64,000 bases of DNA from Tubiluchus corallicola (GCA_030141605.1 JAQGDQ010000005.1:186001-250000), one strand, 5' to 3'. Counted from the stretch's first letter, positions 37,583 to 52,699 are shown. Translations and numbers: made by a program. Notes: generated from the letters alone by a model not told the origin.

Positions 37583-40500
37583 TTCGAACTTTCTAGGCTA
37601 TTTTGCAAAATATCTGTTAACAAACTGAAGTAAATTTCTGCAGTGTGAAACAAGCTTAATCAACTTCTAATGGTGCAGTCAACTGGAAAATAATAAGAGA
37701 AAGTGTGGGAGGTTGTGGGAAGTTGAGCTGAGTGTCTATAATTACAAATTATTAGCGGACCGTTTTCATCAACAGCTACCCTACACATGCATTACACGTG
37801 TACGTCAGCTTGTTCACGTCATATAGAAACATTCCACTTAAGAACAGATCCGCGACACGTGGTTTATTTTTGAAAACTTACTTATGTCTTTGAACATAAT
37901 CAAGAACTAGGACGTTTCAAAAACACCTCTGAAAAATATCTTTTTTAATAACGTGTAAAATGAAATTGCAACCTTTCTTAACAACAGAATAGAAGCTGGA
38001 AATAAGCACTAACTAATAAATAAATAAACAAAAATGCATGATTTCAAAATTTTAATTGCAAAATAAACAGCCTAACATTAAGACGCAGCGATAGAGTCAG
38101 GGAAATTGTGCGCCATCTATTTAAGCCAACACGGGCACACGGTTTAGGAAAAAATGCATGCCTTTTTGAAACGTTTGCTCAGAGTAAGTTAACTGGCATT
38201 CTAGCGAAAAGAAACGCATTGGCCGTAGTCAATCCAGAAATTCCTAAATTAGGTTCATCACGAGCATATGAATGTAACCCGCCCATCAACAGGATTTTCC
38301 TCGATAATTATATTCTGCATATTTAACTTGAAACAAAAAATTTAAATCATTAACTGACATTAAACGCCTCTATAGTGCCTGCGCTTGCATCCCTATAATG
38401 CGAATTATATATTTCATATTTATTGGGTAACCACAATTACAATTCACACAATACACACACCTATTATAAAGATACAATTACACACATATACAGCGCTACG
38501 AAAACGTATACCAAGTTATTAAGAACGCAATTACACAAGTCAAACTCAACAATTTAAACCAAAGACACAACATCAAACCTTGATGGATAAAGCCCTATGG
38601 TACAACATAAACATACATAAACACAATTATAAATATTGCTTTTTACGAGACACGTTAGCTGATTTATAATACATCAATAACACCTAACAAGTTAGCAACT
38701 TACGTTCGTTAAAAAATTAGAATTATTCGCAAGCACGATAATATCCAAAAACTAGACTGAGTCAGTTAAACTGACACTTAAGTGCCAATATGTCTTGTCA
38801 TGACATTTGTACCCATTATGTTTGGTCAACACCATGTTCAAATTTCACCATCATAATATACAATCAACAAACAAAGGACTGTTGTATACCCCAGGATTCA
38901 CTTGAATGGTGTGCAAATTTCGCTCTCGTGCTAGAGTAATAGAGTACCCATGCCCTTTCAAGAATCATGCTAACGGGTTTGCTTTAAAGATCTGAGTTAG
39001 TGCACCCTAAGTGTCACTTATTTATTTACCGCTTCAATTGACCTTCATCTGTTGTGCGTTATTCACGCAGAACAAATTCGGCGATCCCTTTGTAATGAAG
39101 GCCATCATCAGATTCATTTGTGCAGATCATAACCGTCTAACAAAAAGTCACGTATTGCGTGGGTGTAAACGTTGTCAGCGAATTGACTACATTTATAAAC
39201 ACTAAGACAGAAATAACATTCTACATTCAAAACCTTAAGACAACAAGAGTTTCTTTCTCTCAGATTTTCTTTGTTTTCTTTACAAATTTTACATCTAGTA
39301 ACCCTCAAAATGCACTCTTGGCGGAGGTACTGAAGGAGTTACATGTTATGAGTTGTATACATACATACAAAGAATATATGTTTAGTTGACATCATACAAG
39401 AAAGTGCTCTTACTGAGTCTTACAAAGAAAGTGTTAAAATGTTATAAATACCATTAGGTATCTCTTTACATGCATGTTTCATGCTTATTTGATCTATAAT
39501 TACTTCATTTACCTTAATTGTCTTTCAGGTCAATCTTCCCTTAGTGCTCGCGCTGCTTGGACCCTTTGTAGATTTTTAGTGATGCCTTTATTTTGTTAAA
39601 ATGGACGGATTTAGAAACTGGCTTTAGAAAAGGTTTGAGTGGAAATAAACATTTTGAAAGCAGGTTATATTTAAGTTGGGGCTAGAATTAGATTTACTTA
39701 AGGCTAAGAAAATTGTTAAAAACGCTTCCATGATATTTTCTTCTATTTTGATGAGACCCTAAGAATTAACAGTAGTAGACTGTATAGAACTGCTATCATA
39801 ACTGGAAACTGGTACCTTAAAATAAAGACACCTGTATATTATGAAATTTATCTACGTCGATTAGGGTAATTTTTATTTGCTTCCACGAAAAAACATATAA
39901 CTAAGTTAGACGTACACGTACAGTCATGTGGCTTACGTCAGCATAAGCATCAAACCAGTAAATTGTCTATGTTACAAATAGACATCACAGAGCATTGCTT
40001 TAATTTTTTTCTATTTACAAGTGGGTAACATGGAATAACATCATGCACTTAAACGGCAAATTGTGAGTATTGATAGACCTCACGAGGGCGTGCTAATTGT
40101 TACTTCCAACTAAAATACACAGCATAATTTAACACTAAGCTTGGCAAGTCAATGAATAATCTATGATCTTTGTTACTTGATGGGATAAAGGTTTCGTTTA
40201 AGGTTTAGGTAGGATTTAGGAAGAAAAGCTTCTTTGTTTTTATGATTGCGTCATTAAAGAGTCTGCAAAATGGGTTCGTTAAGTTTTTTGCCTGTATCAC
40301 ACTTAATCCTTGGTCACATGCAGACTTAATGAAATTTGCAGTTACTAGGACTGTTACTAGTTGTGGTTATATTATAATAACATGTATGACAGATTTAATA
40401 TGAACTATGAGCGCTTATCAACCTAAAGAAACAGGTAGGCGCTGAAATCTACAACAGAGCAGGAAGTCGCCAGAGGGTGACAGAGCGACACTGCCAGTGT

Positions 40501-40822
40501 GCATTCTAAAACTACTCACAGTCTTTCTCCCTGACTGTAGAATAGTAAATAGTAAAAGTGTATGGTAATGATATATGCTCTTAATAACAACGTCATTATA
40601 AAGTCAAATAGGAATTTCTCAAAAGGGTTTCTGTTTTATCGCGCAAGTTAAAAATGCAAATAGGCACGTGTAAACAAATGTGCATTATGTGACGTTTCGA
40701 TACCCGCATACTTGATACCTTCAGTACTATAATACTGAATAAGCCAGTGAGAAAGCATCCTCAATCTGAGCATCCAATACCTCAGTATCCACAACCTGAA
40801 CACCGGTCGGGAAGACTATTTA

Positions 40823-41044
40823 CAATGTGTACGGAAAGTCACTGTGCACTTGACTTGTTTCAATATAGAATACAGGAGGTAAATATATATGACCATTATA
40901 AACAATGTTGAAAGTGACCCCCGTTAGCATCAATACAGGCTTGGATCCTTCTCATTTTGTTTCTAAACACCGCTATCGGGATCAAAAGCTGAAAGATAAA
41001 AAACCATGATCAGAAAAGTGCGCAGTGACTTTCCGAACACCCTG
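40823..41044 (-). mobile_element. Tc1/mariner-type MITE/deletion derivative (~220 bp)
   Basis: Imperfect ~29-bp TIRs (caatgtgtacggaaagtcactgtgcactt / aagtgcgcagtgactttccgaacaccctg), TA on both sides; the minus strand encodes the transposase C-terminus AVFRNKMRRIQACIDANGGHFQHCL*. Confidence 0.88.
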
Positions 41045-41678
41045 TAGTATAACAATCTTGCAAGGTGAACGATAGGCAGCTGAACTTGTGTAGATGTGCT
41101 TATGTTTCAGCTGTAATTATCAATTACTCTGTAATTACACACTAGAAAATGATGAATAGGTTTATGTGTCATTGTGCCAATAGTAATAATATTATTAATC
41201 TACTGATAATAATAATGACGATGTTATCATGTGCAAACCATCCCATCATACTCGCCCACTTACAACGGCTCTTTCTCTCTTAATTCCTTATTTAACAAAG
41301 CTCCACTACTTGTGCGTCATATCTTAATCAATTTCCAATAAGCACGTGACGTAAATGAATTCAGAAGAGATGTTCAATACTTTGATTAATTACTGTTAAC
41401 GGAGCTTTATACGAACATTGAACTGGTTTGTTAAAGTCACTTTAATCATTAAAAACAACCGGAAGCATTGGGCACCCGTTTATCTTACAGTTACCTCAGT
41501 CCGCTGGACCATGAGATAAATGTTTTTTACTTGCTCTCATGTTAGTCCTATTAATTTGTGACTCAGCACAGAGGTTTTGAAAGGCACAAATCATTTAAGT
41601 ACTCTGTCTGTTGTTCCTCATCCCACTTATTACATAATCCAAGTCCAATAACTGCTCAACAGTTTTTTAACAAAATAC

Positions 41679-41821
<143 letters not shown>

Positions 41822-43173
41822 TTACATGTATGTATATATGCATGTACGCATTTGCCTAAATTTCATCCCGACCGAAATACAAATAATGCTAATTTCCAGA
41901 TTCGTGGTCACCAGCACTGATGCGTTTGAAAGTTTTTCATTTGAACCGCCTAAGACTAAGTTTAAATGATAACTATTTAATAAATTATGTGTAACAGTTA
42001 ACTTAGGAAACCGTTTCGCTGTCATATTTTAGAAGCGAAATTGTCCTACAAGAAAGATGATCACTCCACGCAGGGAGAATAAATCATTTGAAGCCGGCAA
42101 TGATGCGGCGGTTATAATTTATTTATGCATGTGTAGCGGAACACAGCATTTTTTGCTAGGTGCCGCTGCGAAAGAAAAATTGTCAAGGGTAGATGAAGTG
42201 GGTCATATGAGCCGCCCTAAAGAATATAAGATGACGTAGGGTGGCCTAATCTATGCCTTTGGAAACTATAGCATTGTAAGTCACCAGGATCTGAAATCTA
42301 CACGACGTTTCTAGTGTCTCTGAAACTTTTATTGCTGGCAATAGTGTACGTCAAGGGGCGTTCTGTCCAGGTTCCATTTCTTGTCGTATATATACCAGTT
42401 ATCAAAAAATCTTTCATAGTATTCAAATACAACTTATAAACAGGGTAATCCAAATATTAATAATTTGCTCAGTGTAGACGCTATATGATACCATCACCCT
42501 CTTGCAGCCTTGCAAAACCTAAAATGTTGCGAAAACTATGTTGACACCCATGACTTTGTGTTTTGTCGCCAACAAACGAATTTATACTTACGTAGTGCCT
42601 ACAGCAGTGCGTACGTTATATTTAATAATGTATCCTTCGTGTGTAGAAAAATTGCGTCTTGTTCTCAAATTAAATATCTATGGCACAGGTTGGATAAAGA
42701 CTGTAGTTAGAAGAATGATATCTTAAATCAACCAAAACTGCTTTATGATGTACGGTCAAATACTTTGTGTAGACATTTCATTAATTGCACAATTGAGGTG
42801 AAACACACTCGTTTTCGTAATTCTTCTGCTAACGTGTACATACAGTGGTCTCTGAGTTGATCATACCTTGCATACTATTGGAAAATTCAAATCTGCATTA
42901 CACAATGCACTGGCATAATCTATGTATCTGATTATTTTTTCCATTAGTCATCATCACCAGCAAATCATGTTTTAGTTTAATTCCTTAATAATGTTGTAAA
43001 TAGCTTTTATATATACATGCACATTGCACATATAGAATTCACCTTTTACACCTGAGATATTTTATCTATTTCTTTTATTGTACAAGTTTAAATAAATAAA
43101 TAATAATAATAATCATAATAATAATGTTAATTTGCTCATTTCATCCCTTATTTGTTTGTTCGTCTACTTAGTT

Positions 43174-43293
43174 AACTACGGCCAAATCACGTTGAAAACA
43201 CCGGTTTTCGTCTGATCACCGAAGTTAAGCAACGTAGAGCCTGATTAGTGCTTGGATGGGTGACCGCCTAGGAATACCAGGTGCTGTAGGCTT
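43174..43293 (+). rRNA. 5S rRNA-like sequence (head of the SINE; probably not a functional 5S gene)
   Basis: ctacggccaaatcacgttgaaaacaccgg...gatcaccgaagttaagcaacg...ttggatgggtgaccgcctaggaataccaggtgctgtaggctt is colinear with animal 5S rRNA; box A and box C are recognisable. Confidence 0.85.
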
Positions 43294-43686
43294 GCGGGAT
43301 GCCCACACTGTATCTCGACACTAGGCGGAGGAGCTGTACAAATAGCCAACGGCTAGAGGGCGGAGGAGGTCAAATGACCCAACGGCCGTGTGTAGAGGAG
43401 TAAACCTTCCAAATCAGGAGTGGACCAGTCCAGCATGCTCAGTGACTCCGGCAGCTCCTGCAGCCAACGTGGTGCCAAACGTATCGCTCCGCTTTCCTAT
43501 GGACTGGGTTCCTGTTGTCTGGGCAACTCAGGATCTCCATACACCTTGCCCAGGCGAGCGCCCTGGAGACGTTCAAGGATCGGACTGCTCAGCCACAGTC
43601 GACGCTGCAGCTCCATCAATGTGATCAATAAGTGACTTTCTTGGCGCACATTCCATTGTCTTCCGAGTCAGAAGGATGCCAACAAG
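43175..43686 (+). mobile_element. 5S rRNA-derived SINE (SINE3-type) with GC-rich body resembling an RTE-LINE 5' UTR and tail
   Basis: Near full-length 5S head, no oligo-T terminator, ~390-bp GC-rich body ending gaaggatgccaacaag, flanked by the direct repeat ctacttagtta at 43164-43174 and 43687-43697 (11-bp TSD). Confidence 0.8.
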
Positions 43687-45548
43687 CTACTTAGTTATTT
43701 TCCTTTTCATACTTCATTTCTCACTTGTACATATATTGCTACACGCCCAGACAAGATTAGTTAAAGGAAAACAGAATTATTGTACATATCCTACCCCTTT
43801 CTGAAGTACGTTAAAAAGTATACATTTTAATACCTACGATAATGCCAAAGCATTTCTGATAACTGAATGATCGGTTAAAAACTTAATCAGGGGCAGAGGA
43901 ATCTTGTTAGTGATGACATCACAAACTAACATAATTTTCAACAGCACAAACATTCCACGAGCATGTTCCATGCGTTTGCGAAAGGGAAAATTAAAGAACA
44001 GTACCACTATACGACATTCAGTGTGACATACAAATCTCTGGTTTACCACTGTGCTCTCGAACATGTGCACTACGTCACAACTGAACACCTCTGAACTTGA
44101 ATTAGTACAGCACCTGTTTTTGTGCACGAATTACCGAGATGCAGAAATACTCGTTAGCGAATGGTGAAATACATGTAACAGTGAAAAACTAAGCACGCAA
44201 CGCGAAATTACATTACGTAAGTCACTCCTTAAAAAGTAGTATGTTTACTTTCGGTATTTTATAGTGTAGATTGTTTTGAGCTACTGCTTAAAATTGAGTC
44301 CGGTTTCCCTTTAATGGGCAACAGTGATTACTTATGGACAGTACGTAGGTGTAGTAAATTTTAATGAAAAATCATGCTCCTGTCTGTTATCTCATAATTG
44401 CGGTATAATGTATTACCACTTGTACTCTAGAGCCCGTTTATTGTTGCCTCACTAAGAACTCAAACCATTATCTCGGACTCTCTGGACCTACATATATTAA
44501 TTTTTGAAGACTAGGAGTGTGTAATTACTTTCTTCCAGTGTAAGAGCTTATTTTAATAACAGCTGTAAAATGCCACATCTCACAAGATAACAACGCCTCT
44601 TCAGCACAATTTAGGCACAATCAATGAGCATTCAATGAGTTTTGTTTTCAATCAGTCACTCGTTGAATTGGTCAGGTGCCATTCGGTGAGTCGATCGATC
44701 GGTCAGTCAGTCAGTCAATTACATAATAATTCAGTGAATCATACAGCAAACCAGCCGCAGAGCAATACGAAAGTGTACACCTACAAATAGCCACAGTTAT
44801 TTACAGAGGTGCTTAATAAAGCGTATTTAATTTATGATCAAGTGGTAACTTAAGCCTTAAGGAACTGAAGTCCCCTAAGAATCAATTATTATTTTAATTT
44901 ACCTGTGTCGGGCAATTTTATCTCATTGCACTTGTGCACTAATCGATCAAATCTCACTGGCTTCTTGTTAACACTGAACAACAAGGAAGTTTCTCCCTTA
45001 GGGCCACTGATAGCCAAGCCTTGTCAATTTATCTAACTGATAATTGTATATAGGGTCTATTTTAGTATTTCTGTAATTTCTCGTGCCCACACACACACAG
45101 CCCTTCCAATAAATTAACCGTCAGCCGTCCAAGTTATTTATTGACAACTTACAAAAAAAGTGAAAGTAAGTGGCACTTGAATTGAGATCCATTATCCACT
45201 GCTTTCGTTTACTAAACTGAACACAAGTCAAGTAGCACTTACTTTAAGCGTACGCATTTGTTCGTACGTTAATTGTATAAAAAACATTAAAATTACGATT
45301 AAAATGACGGCTAAAATTACTAGTGGCAGATGATGCCCAAACCAGATGTACATTTGCAAATGACATACAATCCTGGTTAAATAGTCTAATTGTACGGATT
45401 TAGATGGCATTAGCTGTATCTGTTTAATGTCAACCCGATTTACTTATAAACAGTCAAGAAATGCTCTTACTTAACCTTCTATCATACTTCGTAATCTTGT
45501 GGCGAAATGCGGATTACCTAGCTGCAACGTAGTCTGGCTTAAATACTT

Positions 45549-45553
<5 letters not shown>

Positions 45554-45615
<62 letters not shown>

Positions 45616-45645
45616 ATATATATTTTATTATATATATATATATAA
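45554..45645. repeat. (AT)n microsatellite
   Basis: Direct reading. Confidence 0.93.
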
Positions 45646-46061
45646 TAAAATGTGGTATTTAGTAATTATACATACGTAATCCTAAGTTCAAGATTATTAG
45701 TTAGTGATAGAATAAACGGTACTCTGTTGATCATGTGTTACAACTAGACTAATAATGTAACAAACGCCCAATACTGTAATACCAAAAATGAACGCATATT
45801 GTAATGAAAATCGACACGCAATGTAATAAATAACTGACAATGCAATAAATTAGCTGATAGTGTGATTGAAACTAACTGAAACGAATAACGTCTTAACCTG
45901 AAGTTTGTCACATATTGTAATACCAGAAGGCATAATGTAATAAGAATAATTCTAACTGATAATGTAACAATGCAATGTGATAACTAGCAAAATTAATATT
46001 AATTGGTACAATTTCATTACATACAATAAGATAATTTTGATTTTTTGGGACATGAAGGTGG

Positions 46062-46062
<1 letters not shown>

Positions 46063-46122
<60 letters not shown>
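46063..46122. repeat. (CT)n microsatellite
   Basis: Direct reading. Confidence 0.95.
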
Positions 46123-46126
<4 letters not shown>

Positions 46127-49100
46127 CCCCAACTCGCAAAGAATAGGGAGGCTCAAGCGAACAACAACTGGCATTAACATTAGCACTTTTAAAGGACTCC
46201 TTTCAGCGCTTACGGAAGCAAAGCTATGACGGAGCCTTCCATTTTGCACATGCTAACATATTGCAACTTAAATTTTACCACAAAGATCTTGCAAGGGCTT
46301 GCTAGTTAGCTACCTGATGTAAATATTATACACTTGAAAAATGCCATTTTGGACGTAATATGCACATTTGCAGACATCAGCACTCAGCAGGCTCTAAGTT
46401 CAACTTCCATAGCCTGGGTTCTCAGGTTTTTCTCTGTCTGTCCAATGTTAACAAATTTCTAGGCCGTAAAGACATTGAATTCCACTAGCAGGTAGCTAGT
46501 CATGCCTCAAGTATATGCGCTTTTGGAAATCCCCCATAGTGCTCCGCACTTTATACCCGCAGTACGGACTAATGCATTCCTGAGTAAGCTTTATCAAGTT
46601 TATGTCAATACGAGCGGCAACAACATAAGAAATTGTAGATTTAAAGACTGCAAAAAATATGCAAGAATGTCTAACATTAAACCAGAAGGTTAGTAAACAG
46701 TCACTTCTAGTAAAGTGCAGACTGAACCTAGCTGTCATAGTTCCATACATTCTCATCCTTGCTATATTGCGAACATTTAAACATGGTTATGCCAATTGTA
46801 TCAAACCTGTGAATATGTGGACCGATTTATGTTTTCGACACTGCGTTTTTGCTACACATTTTACTTCAAAAAGTGTTGGTGGACAATAGCATATCAGGAC
46901 GATTGTGGCAGGGCCTAAACATAGCTCTCTAAGGCAGTATTGACTGAACCGGCAGACGTTTTTCGTCACGTTTGAACACGTATTCAACCTCCCTTAAAGC
47001 ACAAGAAACCCCCAACTTACATAAAGCTTATAAAATTCGTCTTGGAATTTTATACGACTTACATACTGCATTCGGCAATAGGGTCTGCGTCGGCAATAAC
47101 GTTGTGTAAAACATGTAAATTTAAATTCCCGCGATGACCGTTTAACAGAGCCATTTTGACGATAAGTCATTTAAAACAAGTTTAGATAACATTGTTAAAG
47201 TTTGAAAAAATAATCAGAGCATTCGTAGCGCACACATCACTAACTAAGTAAAATTTAAAATCACTGTATCTTGCCAATAAGATTAAAAATGCGCTTTTGA
47301 TTAGTTAGTGGTGCACCCAGCAAGGTGATTCAGCGACATTTTACAAATTGGTGAAAGCACTTTAAATAATTAATAATTTTCTTTTCTAGTTACATAAGTT
47401 TTTCAAGCAGGTAAGCAAAATGCTAAGTAACATAATTTTGCATGGAAAGTTTTTTGGGACACAGTTTAAGATTTTTCTTTTCTTCCCCTGATTTACGTTG
47501 TGCGTATATGACATCATGTAATGGCGCCGTCGGAACAGTGTCGCGGGAAGTTTAAAATGAAAACAAACAAAAAATCCTTTCAACGCGAGTACGCATAAAA
47601 TGGCATAAAGTAATATACTTTTTTAAGGCGATTTTTCTGAAACCTACTTCAGGTACCCCTTTTCTTGTCCTTTAACAATTGACGTCAAACATATTGGTCT
47701 ATCGCTCCGCCCCGCTGTAACGTAAGCACGCACGTGACGGGACATTCGGGACAACAGCTCACGCAGGACAAGAACTGTCTAAGCTAAACTAAACTTAACT
47801 TAACAACATGACAGTCATAACTAATGTCTGGTCAGCAGATGAACTGATTGCACTTCTTCATAAACACAAATTTGCAGAGCAGCAGCTATTTTTACACGAA
47901 ATTAATACTTCAAGTAGCTAAGAAAATGACTTTTCAATTGAAACAGAATGTGGAGACGAAGTTTCAAAGCATTACAAAATACAGAGACATCAGTATAATA
48001 AAGAAACTAAGCCAGTTAGCTTTACTTTACAATAAATGAGCAACAAAAATATTAAATATCTCTTGCCTTTAAACATACGAACATCATGCCTGCGATGTAT
48101 TTTTCTATATTAGCTGACCATGTGCTCGTCTGCAAGATTTATTCAGTTTTTGTATTTTTCCGTTTGTCAGGCTACGGAAATGGAATATATTTGATTGTTC
48201 CATTATATAGACGACCTTTATATTGAACGGCTGCGTTACATAAGTCCTAATGGCATCTTTTAACCAAGATTATAACCAGAAGAATACCGTAAAATTAATT
48301 AATACTACATTGGTGTATAATATAAGTTTTGACATCATTTGTATTAATTTTGAACTGTGAAGATCTTATTGAGGTTTATAAAAACTGGCCAGAAAAGAAA
48401 ACATTTTGTTTTGTTCTTATTTAAAGTTAATCAAATGGTTGTTTCTGACTAACTTGCAATTCCATAAACCAAACTAAACTGCGTATTTTCTTGATTGCAA
48501 AATGATTTATTCAGCAACTCATAGACGTAAGCGTTGTGCATTTCTTCCTATAATATAAACTAGACTATATATTTCCACTAATTCACTTGCAATTTCAATT
48601 GACAATAATAAAATCTAGAACAAGGCCAATATTTCTCCCGCTAACTAATGAAAAGTTGACCATTTTTCATAACAGCATTAGACGTAGCTGTAGCTAAATG
48701 TCCCGAACGTACCTGCTGCAGGGGTGAATGAAATAACTTGCACGCTGATTGGGCAGTGATGATTGACATTATGTTAGACGTCAATTAAAACGACACTGTA
48801 TGGTAGATGAAATCGCAAAACTAGTTTTGATTTGGCAGGTAAGTACACATCGCGACAACTCGCTATTCCTTGGGCTAAAACCCATGTAGACTTCGAAGTA
48901 GTAATAACTCACTTTCATGTAAATGACAAACAGTTTTTGTCGAAATGCGGGATTATAAACAACTTAACAAGGATGATGATGGATAGTATATTGACAAAAT
49001 TTCAGTCATCACAAGCAGAAGTGCCAACTAAAGGATGTACATTTATATTAACCGTCATGTATTGCTGCCGTTAAGTACTGTTCCTCAACAGAATATCTCC

Positions 49101-52100
49101 AGAACACTAAAAAAATGATAACAAATAATAATACTTTTCGTCATTTTTCTAAGTCTACTCGTATAGGAATAATGCTAAGAAGCAAATTAGCAAACTAACT
49201 TGTAGCTCCATTTAAACTTTTCAGAGATGTGGTCTTATACTACATGCAAAGCTAAAGTCCTAAACAGCATTAAGCCAGTTTGCGTAAATGCTTCGAAGAC
49301 GCAAATGGTGATAAATGATGATAGTAGCCATGACAGCTGGATTGAGCAGAAGTCAACTTTATTGCCTGTCTCGATATTCACTAAATGTCGTGTAAGCGCA
49401 AGGGAAATGCGAACACAGATGATTAAAGCGCGTCGTTGAAGAAAAAGAACATATTTTTAGACTTGCGTAAGTTAATGTCATGCAATTTCATTCAAACTTT
49501 TCCCAATACGCTTTGTCGCTAGTCCACCGCCCACACTCTATCAGATGATTATTGTGGTTAACATTACGGGAATTAGTATAGATTTCAGATAAACATAAAA
49601 ATATACTATTTTATAGTTTTGTAAAACACAAAAAACTACATCGGAAGCTCTAACAACTTAACAGAAAATTAATCATTGTTATAACACTGGAAGGTATCCG
49701 TCAAATTCCAAATATAAAAGAAAAAGCTCAATTTAATAACTATTATTTCTTAAGTTACTGTACGTTGCAAATAATACAATTTGTTCTAAGTTAACAATAC
49801 AAAATGACTATTACATAATAATATCGCTAAATCATTTCGAAAGCTAAGTAAATCTCTCAAACTAAACTTGGAAACGCAATTGTGATCAAACATTTCGCAA
49901 ACCGAGTCACGTATATCTATGATTAAAGGGATGCATTTTGACATTCAATGCGTTAGTGGATAATTCTTCTTGCACACTGCATCGTCAATGCGTCGTAATT
50001 CTATTTATAAACGCCAACAAAAACTGGAAGGCACTCCCAGGAGACGTATATAAGCTCCGTCAATGAAATGACATTAATTCTTTCCAATCGGTAGCCGATT
50101 TATTTTAAGCCAAAGCTGATTTTTATTGCATCGCTCATACATGGCGATCAGACTTTGTCGAGTGTGCCCATTCATCATTTCAGCCTTTTAAGGAACGAAT
50201 ACAAAACATCATAAGAAAGAGTTGGCCAAAGTTTTGATGCGTACCACAGCCTGAATGGAAATGTTTGCATTACAACTTGCAAGTGAAGTCCAGTCAATAA
50301 AGACGCGTGGGAGTAAGCACGCAGTAGTGGCCTTGTGGTTCAACAAAACAGGAAGCCCTCTTTAATGACCAAAGCAATGGGAGGATTAGCCAAAGACAAA
50401 TTAATGATATTTCTTCCGTATATGAAGCTAATTGATAGCTCCGTGTTATTGTTAAGCCAAGAATCTGCTACAATTGAACTGCGAGCGCACATAATTATGA
50501 TTGGAATGTAATTCTTCCACACAAAAGCTATTGCAAACTGCAAATAACAATGGGCTTCTTTATGTTCCTATTCCTGGTATTCAAGAAACAGTTTGTGATG
50601 TCACTCTTCAAAGCTGCCCAGTGCAGAAAGAAAACGTTTACAGGATTCGGGTTACGTCTACCTTTTACCATCGAAATAATAAAATAACAGAATGAAACCC
50701 TATCAACTAGGGCAGACTTGTTATTTTGTTATTTAGTTGAAACTTATTTAAATTTATTTAAAGCAGTTCTAGAATACAGGCAATGTCTGATACAAGTGTC
50801 TCCATGGTGCAAATGCTGAAAGCAAGGCGCTAATAAAAGAATAATGTGCATCACAAATAATCTAACATTTCATTAATTTTAATAAACAGCGCAATTACAA
50901 CCCGGAGACAATACTTAGAATTACATACATGGACAGTTTATGAGTTAATTCGCAAAGACAACATTAAAATAACAACAATATAAAAATAGGTTGATTAATC
51001 GCGTAATAGTAGAAACGAGATGTTGATTTTGTTTCCTCCTTATTCCTTGAACATGCGTCAAGCAAGGGCTTTTTATTGTAAAAAAGTTAAAATACCAAGT
51101 TGCGTTAGACAACAGGTCAACATCCCACGCTTACCCACCCCCATTTGTTGCGAAAATGAGACAATCTTAGCTTCAAGCATGCCGAACGTTATGAGCAGTT
51201 TACGCCTAAACACGATGATTACCATAGATCAGTCAAAACAAAATAAAACACCGAGACAGATAAAGACACGATACTTATCCTACATACGTAATTTACACAA
51301 GTCACGTGAAACCTGCGTCCAAGCTTCTGCTTTTTTGGTAAACGAGGGTGCCCAGTAGAAGACATTTTACTGTGGATGTCATATATTTAGTAAGTTGCAG
51401 TTTATTTATTTATTCATTCAGATCTATCAGGTAAAAATTATGCTGCAAAGCTGTTGAAGGTTGTTAGCAATGTTCTGCGTTTTGCCTGCAGAAAAATTTA
51501 GTTAACTTTCCTGATACACTGCGTGTTTTAAGGGACGCCATTCATGCCAACAGCGTTCTACGCATCAGTGCAGCTGGGCTTCTCTTATGTGCGACAATAT
51601 GAGACAGTAATGCGTCCGATAATTTGGTTCGGGTCTCCCCGTGTAGGTGGCGATCATTAAGCCATTATACACGCTTAGATAACCAGCCTGAAGGGGAAAC
51701 GAGACAGTCACTTAGTCAATCAAGTATTAATGGTTTGTATGTGCCGCTGCTGATGCTGACTAACTGATGACGCGAATTCAACTCGTTTGTAGTGGAATCG
51801 AACAGGGCTTCAGTGATTCAAATTGTATAACTACAAAAGAAGATAAACTTATTGATATCTTTCGATCACTATCGTTGCTGCACCTTTTCGTCATTAAAAG
51901 TGAAGTTGCGAAAATGAGCTCCATTCGAGATGGTGCATGGAGTCAGGCTGAAAGTTGAAGATTTATTTCATGTAAATTACTGTTTGAGATTTGTCAGTGT
52001 AATCAATAGATGTCCATTTCGTCAATAATTTCATGCCTTTCGGTATAACGCAATTAATGCACATCGCAATAACTCATTGCAAACGTATACACAAATAACA

Positions 52101-52699
52101 CTCTTAGATTTTCTCTTTTTATTATTATTCACCCATCAGCTGAATCCAGCCATCTAGCACTTCAAACAAAAATTTCCCTTTTTCGTTTAATGGAACAGCA
52201 TTAGTTCCAAAACTCTTCACCAGGATTAACGTGCTCCTAAAAGAGTTAGTAAACGGACAGACCCATGCCCTTACATGACGCACGAGATTAAGAAACACCG
52301 CACCCTTCTTTCGTCTCTCCAGCTATAGGGACAGCGATTGCAATTCCATTTTAACAGAGACCTTTTTAGAAATCACCAGCAGATTTTGTTTTATGTTATC
52401 ATTTCTCCACCACATATCACCTCGTCATCCAGTTAGATGAAAAACTGGAAAACTGTGGTAATCAGATGAAACCAAATGCAAACTACAAATGCTCAAACGA
52501 CAGGTCATACTGCCGCTTTCTGTCACTGAACTGGGAAAAACGCTGCATCATCACTTTACGGTTATACTATTTTTAACGAATGCAATAATTATAAGAACTT
52601 AAAACGAATCAATTCAATGCACGTAACAAGTTTACTTCAATTTCAAACATTAGCCATAGTGTCGTTTGTTATTTACTGTTGATTTGTGCCATATAGGAC

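Noticed and set aside
43174-43293. Functional 5S rRNA gene
   Set aside because: Single copy, altered 5' end, no oligo-T terminator, and enclosed with a body inside TSDs; better explained as a SINE head
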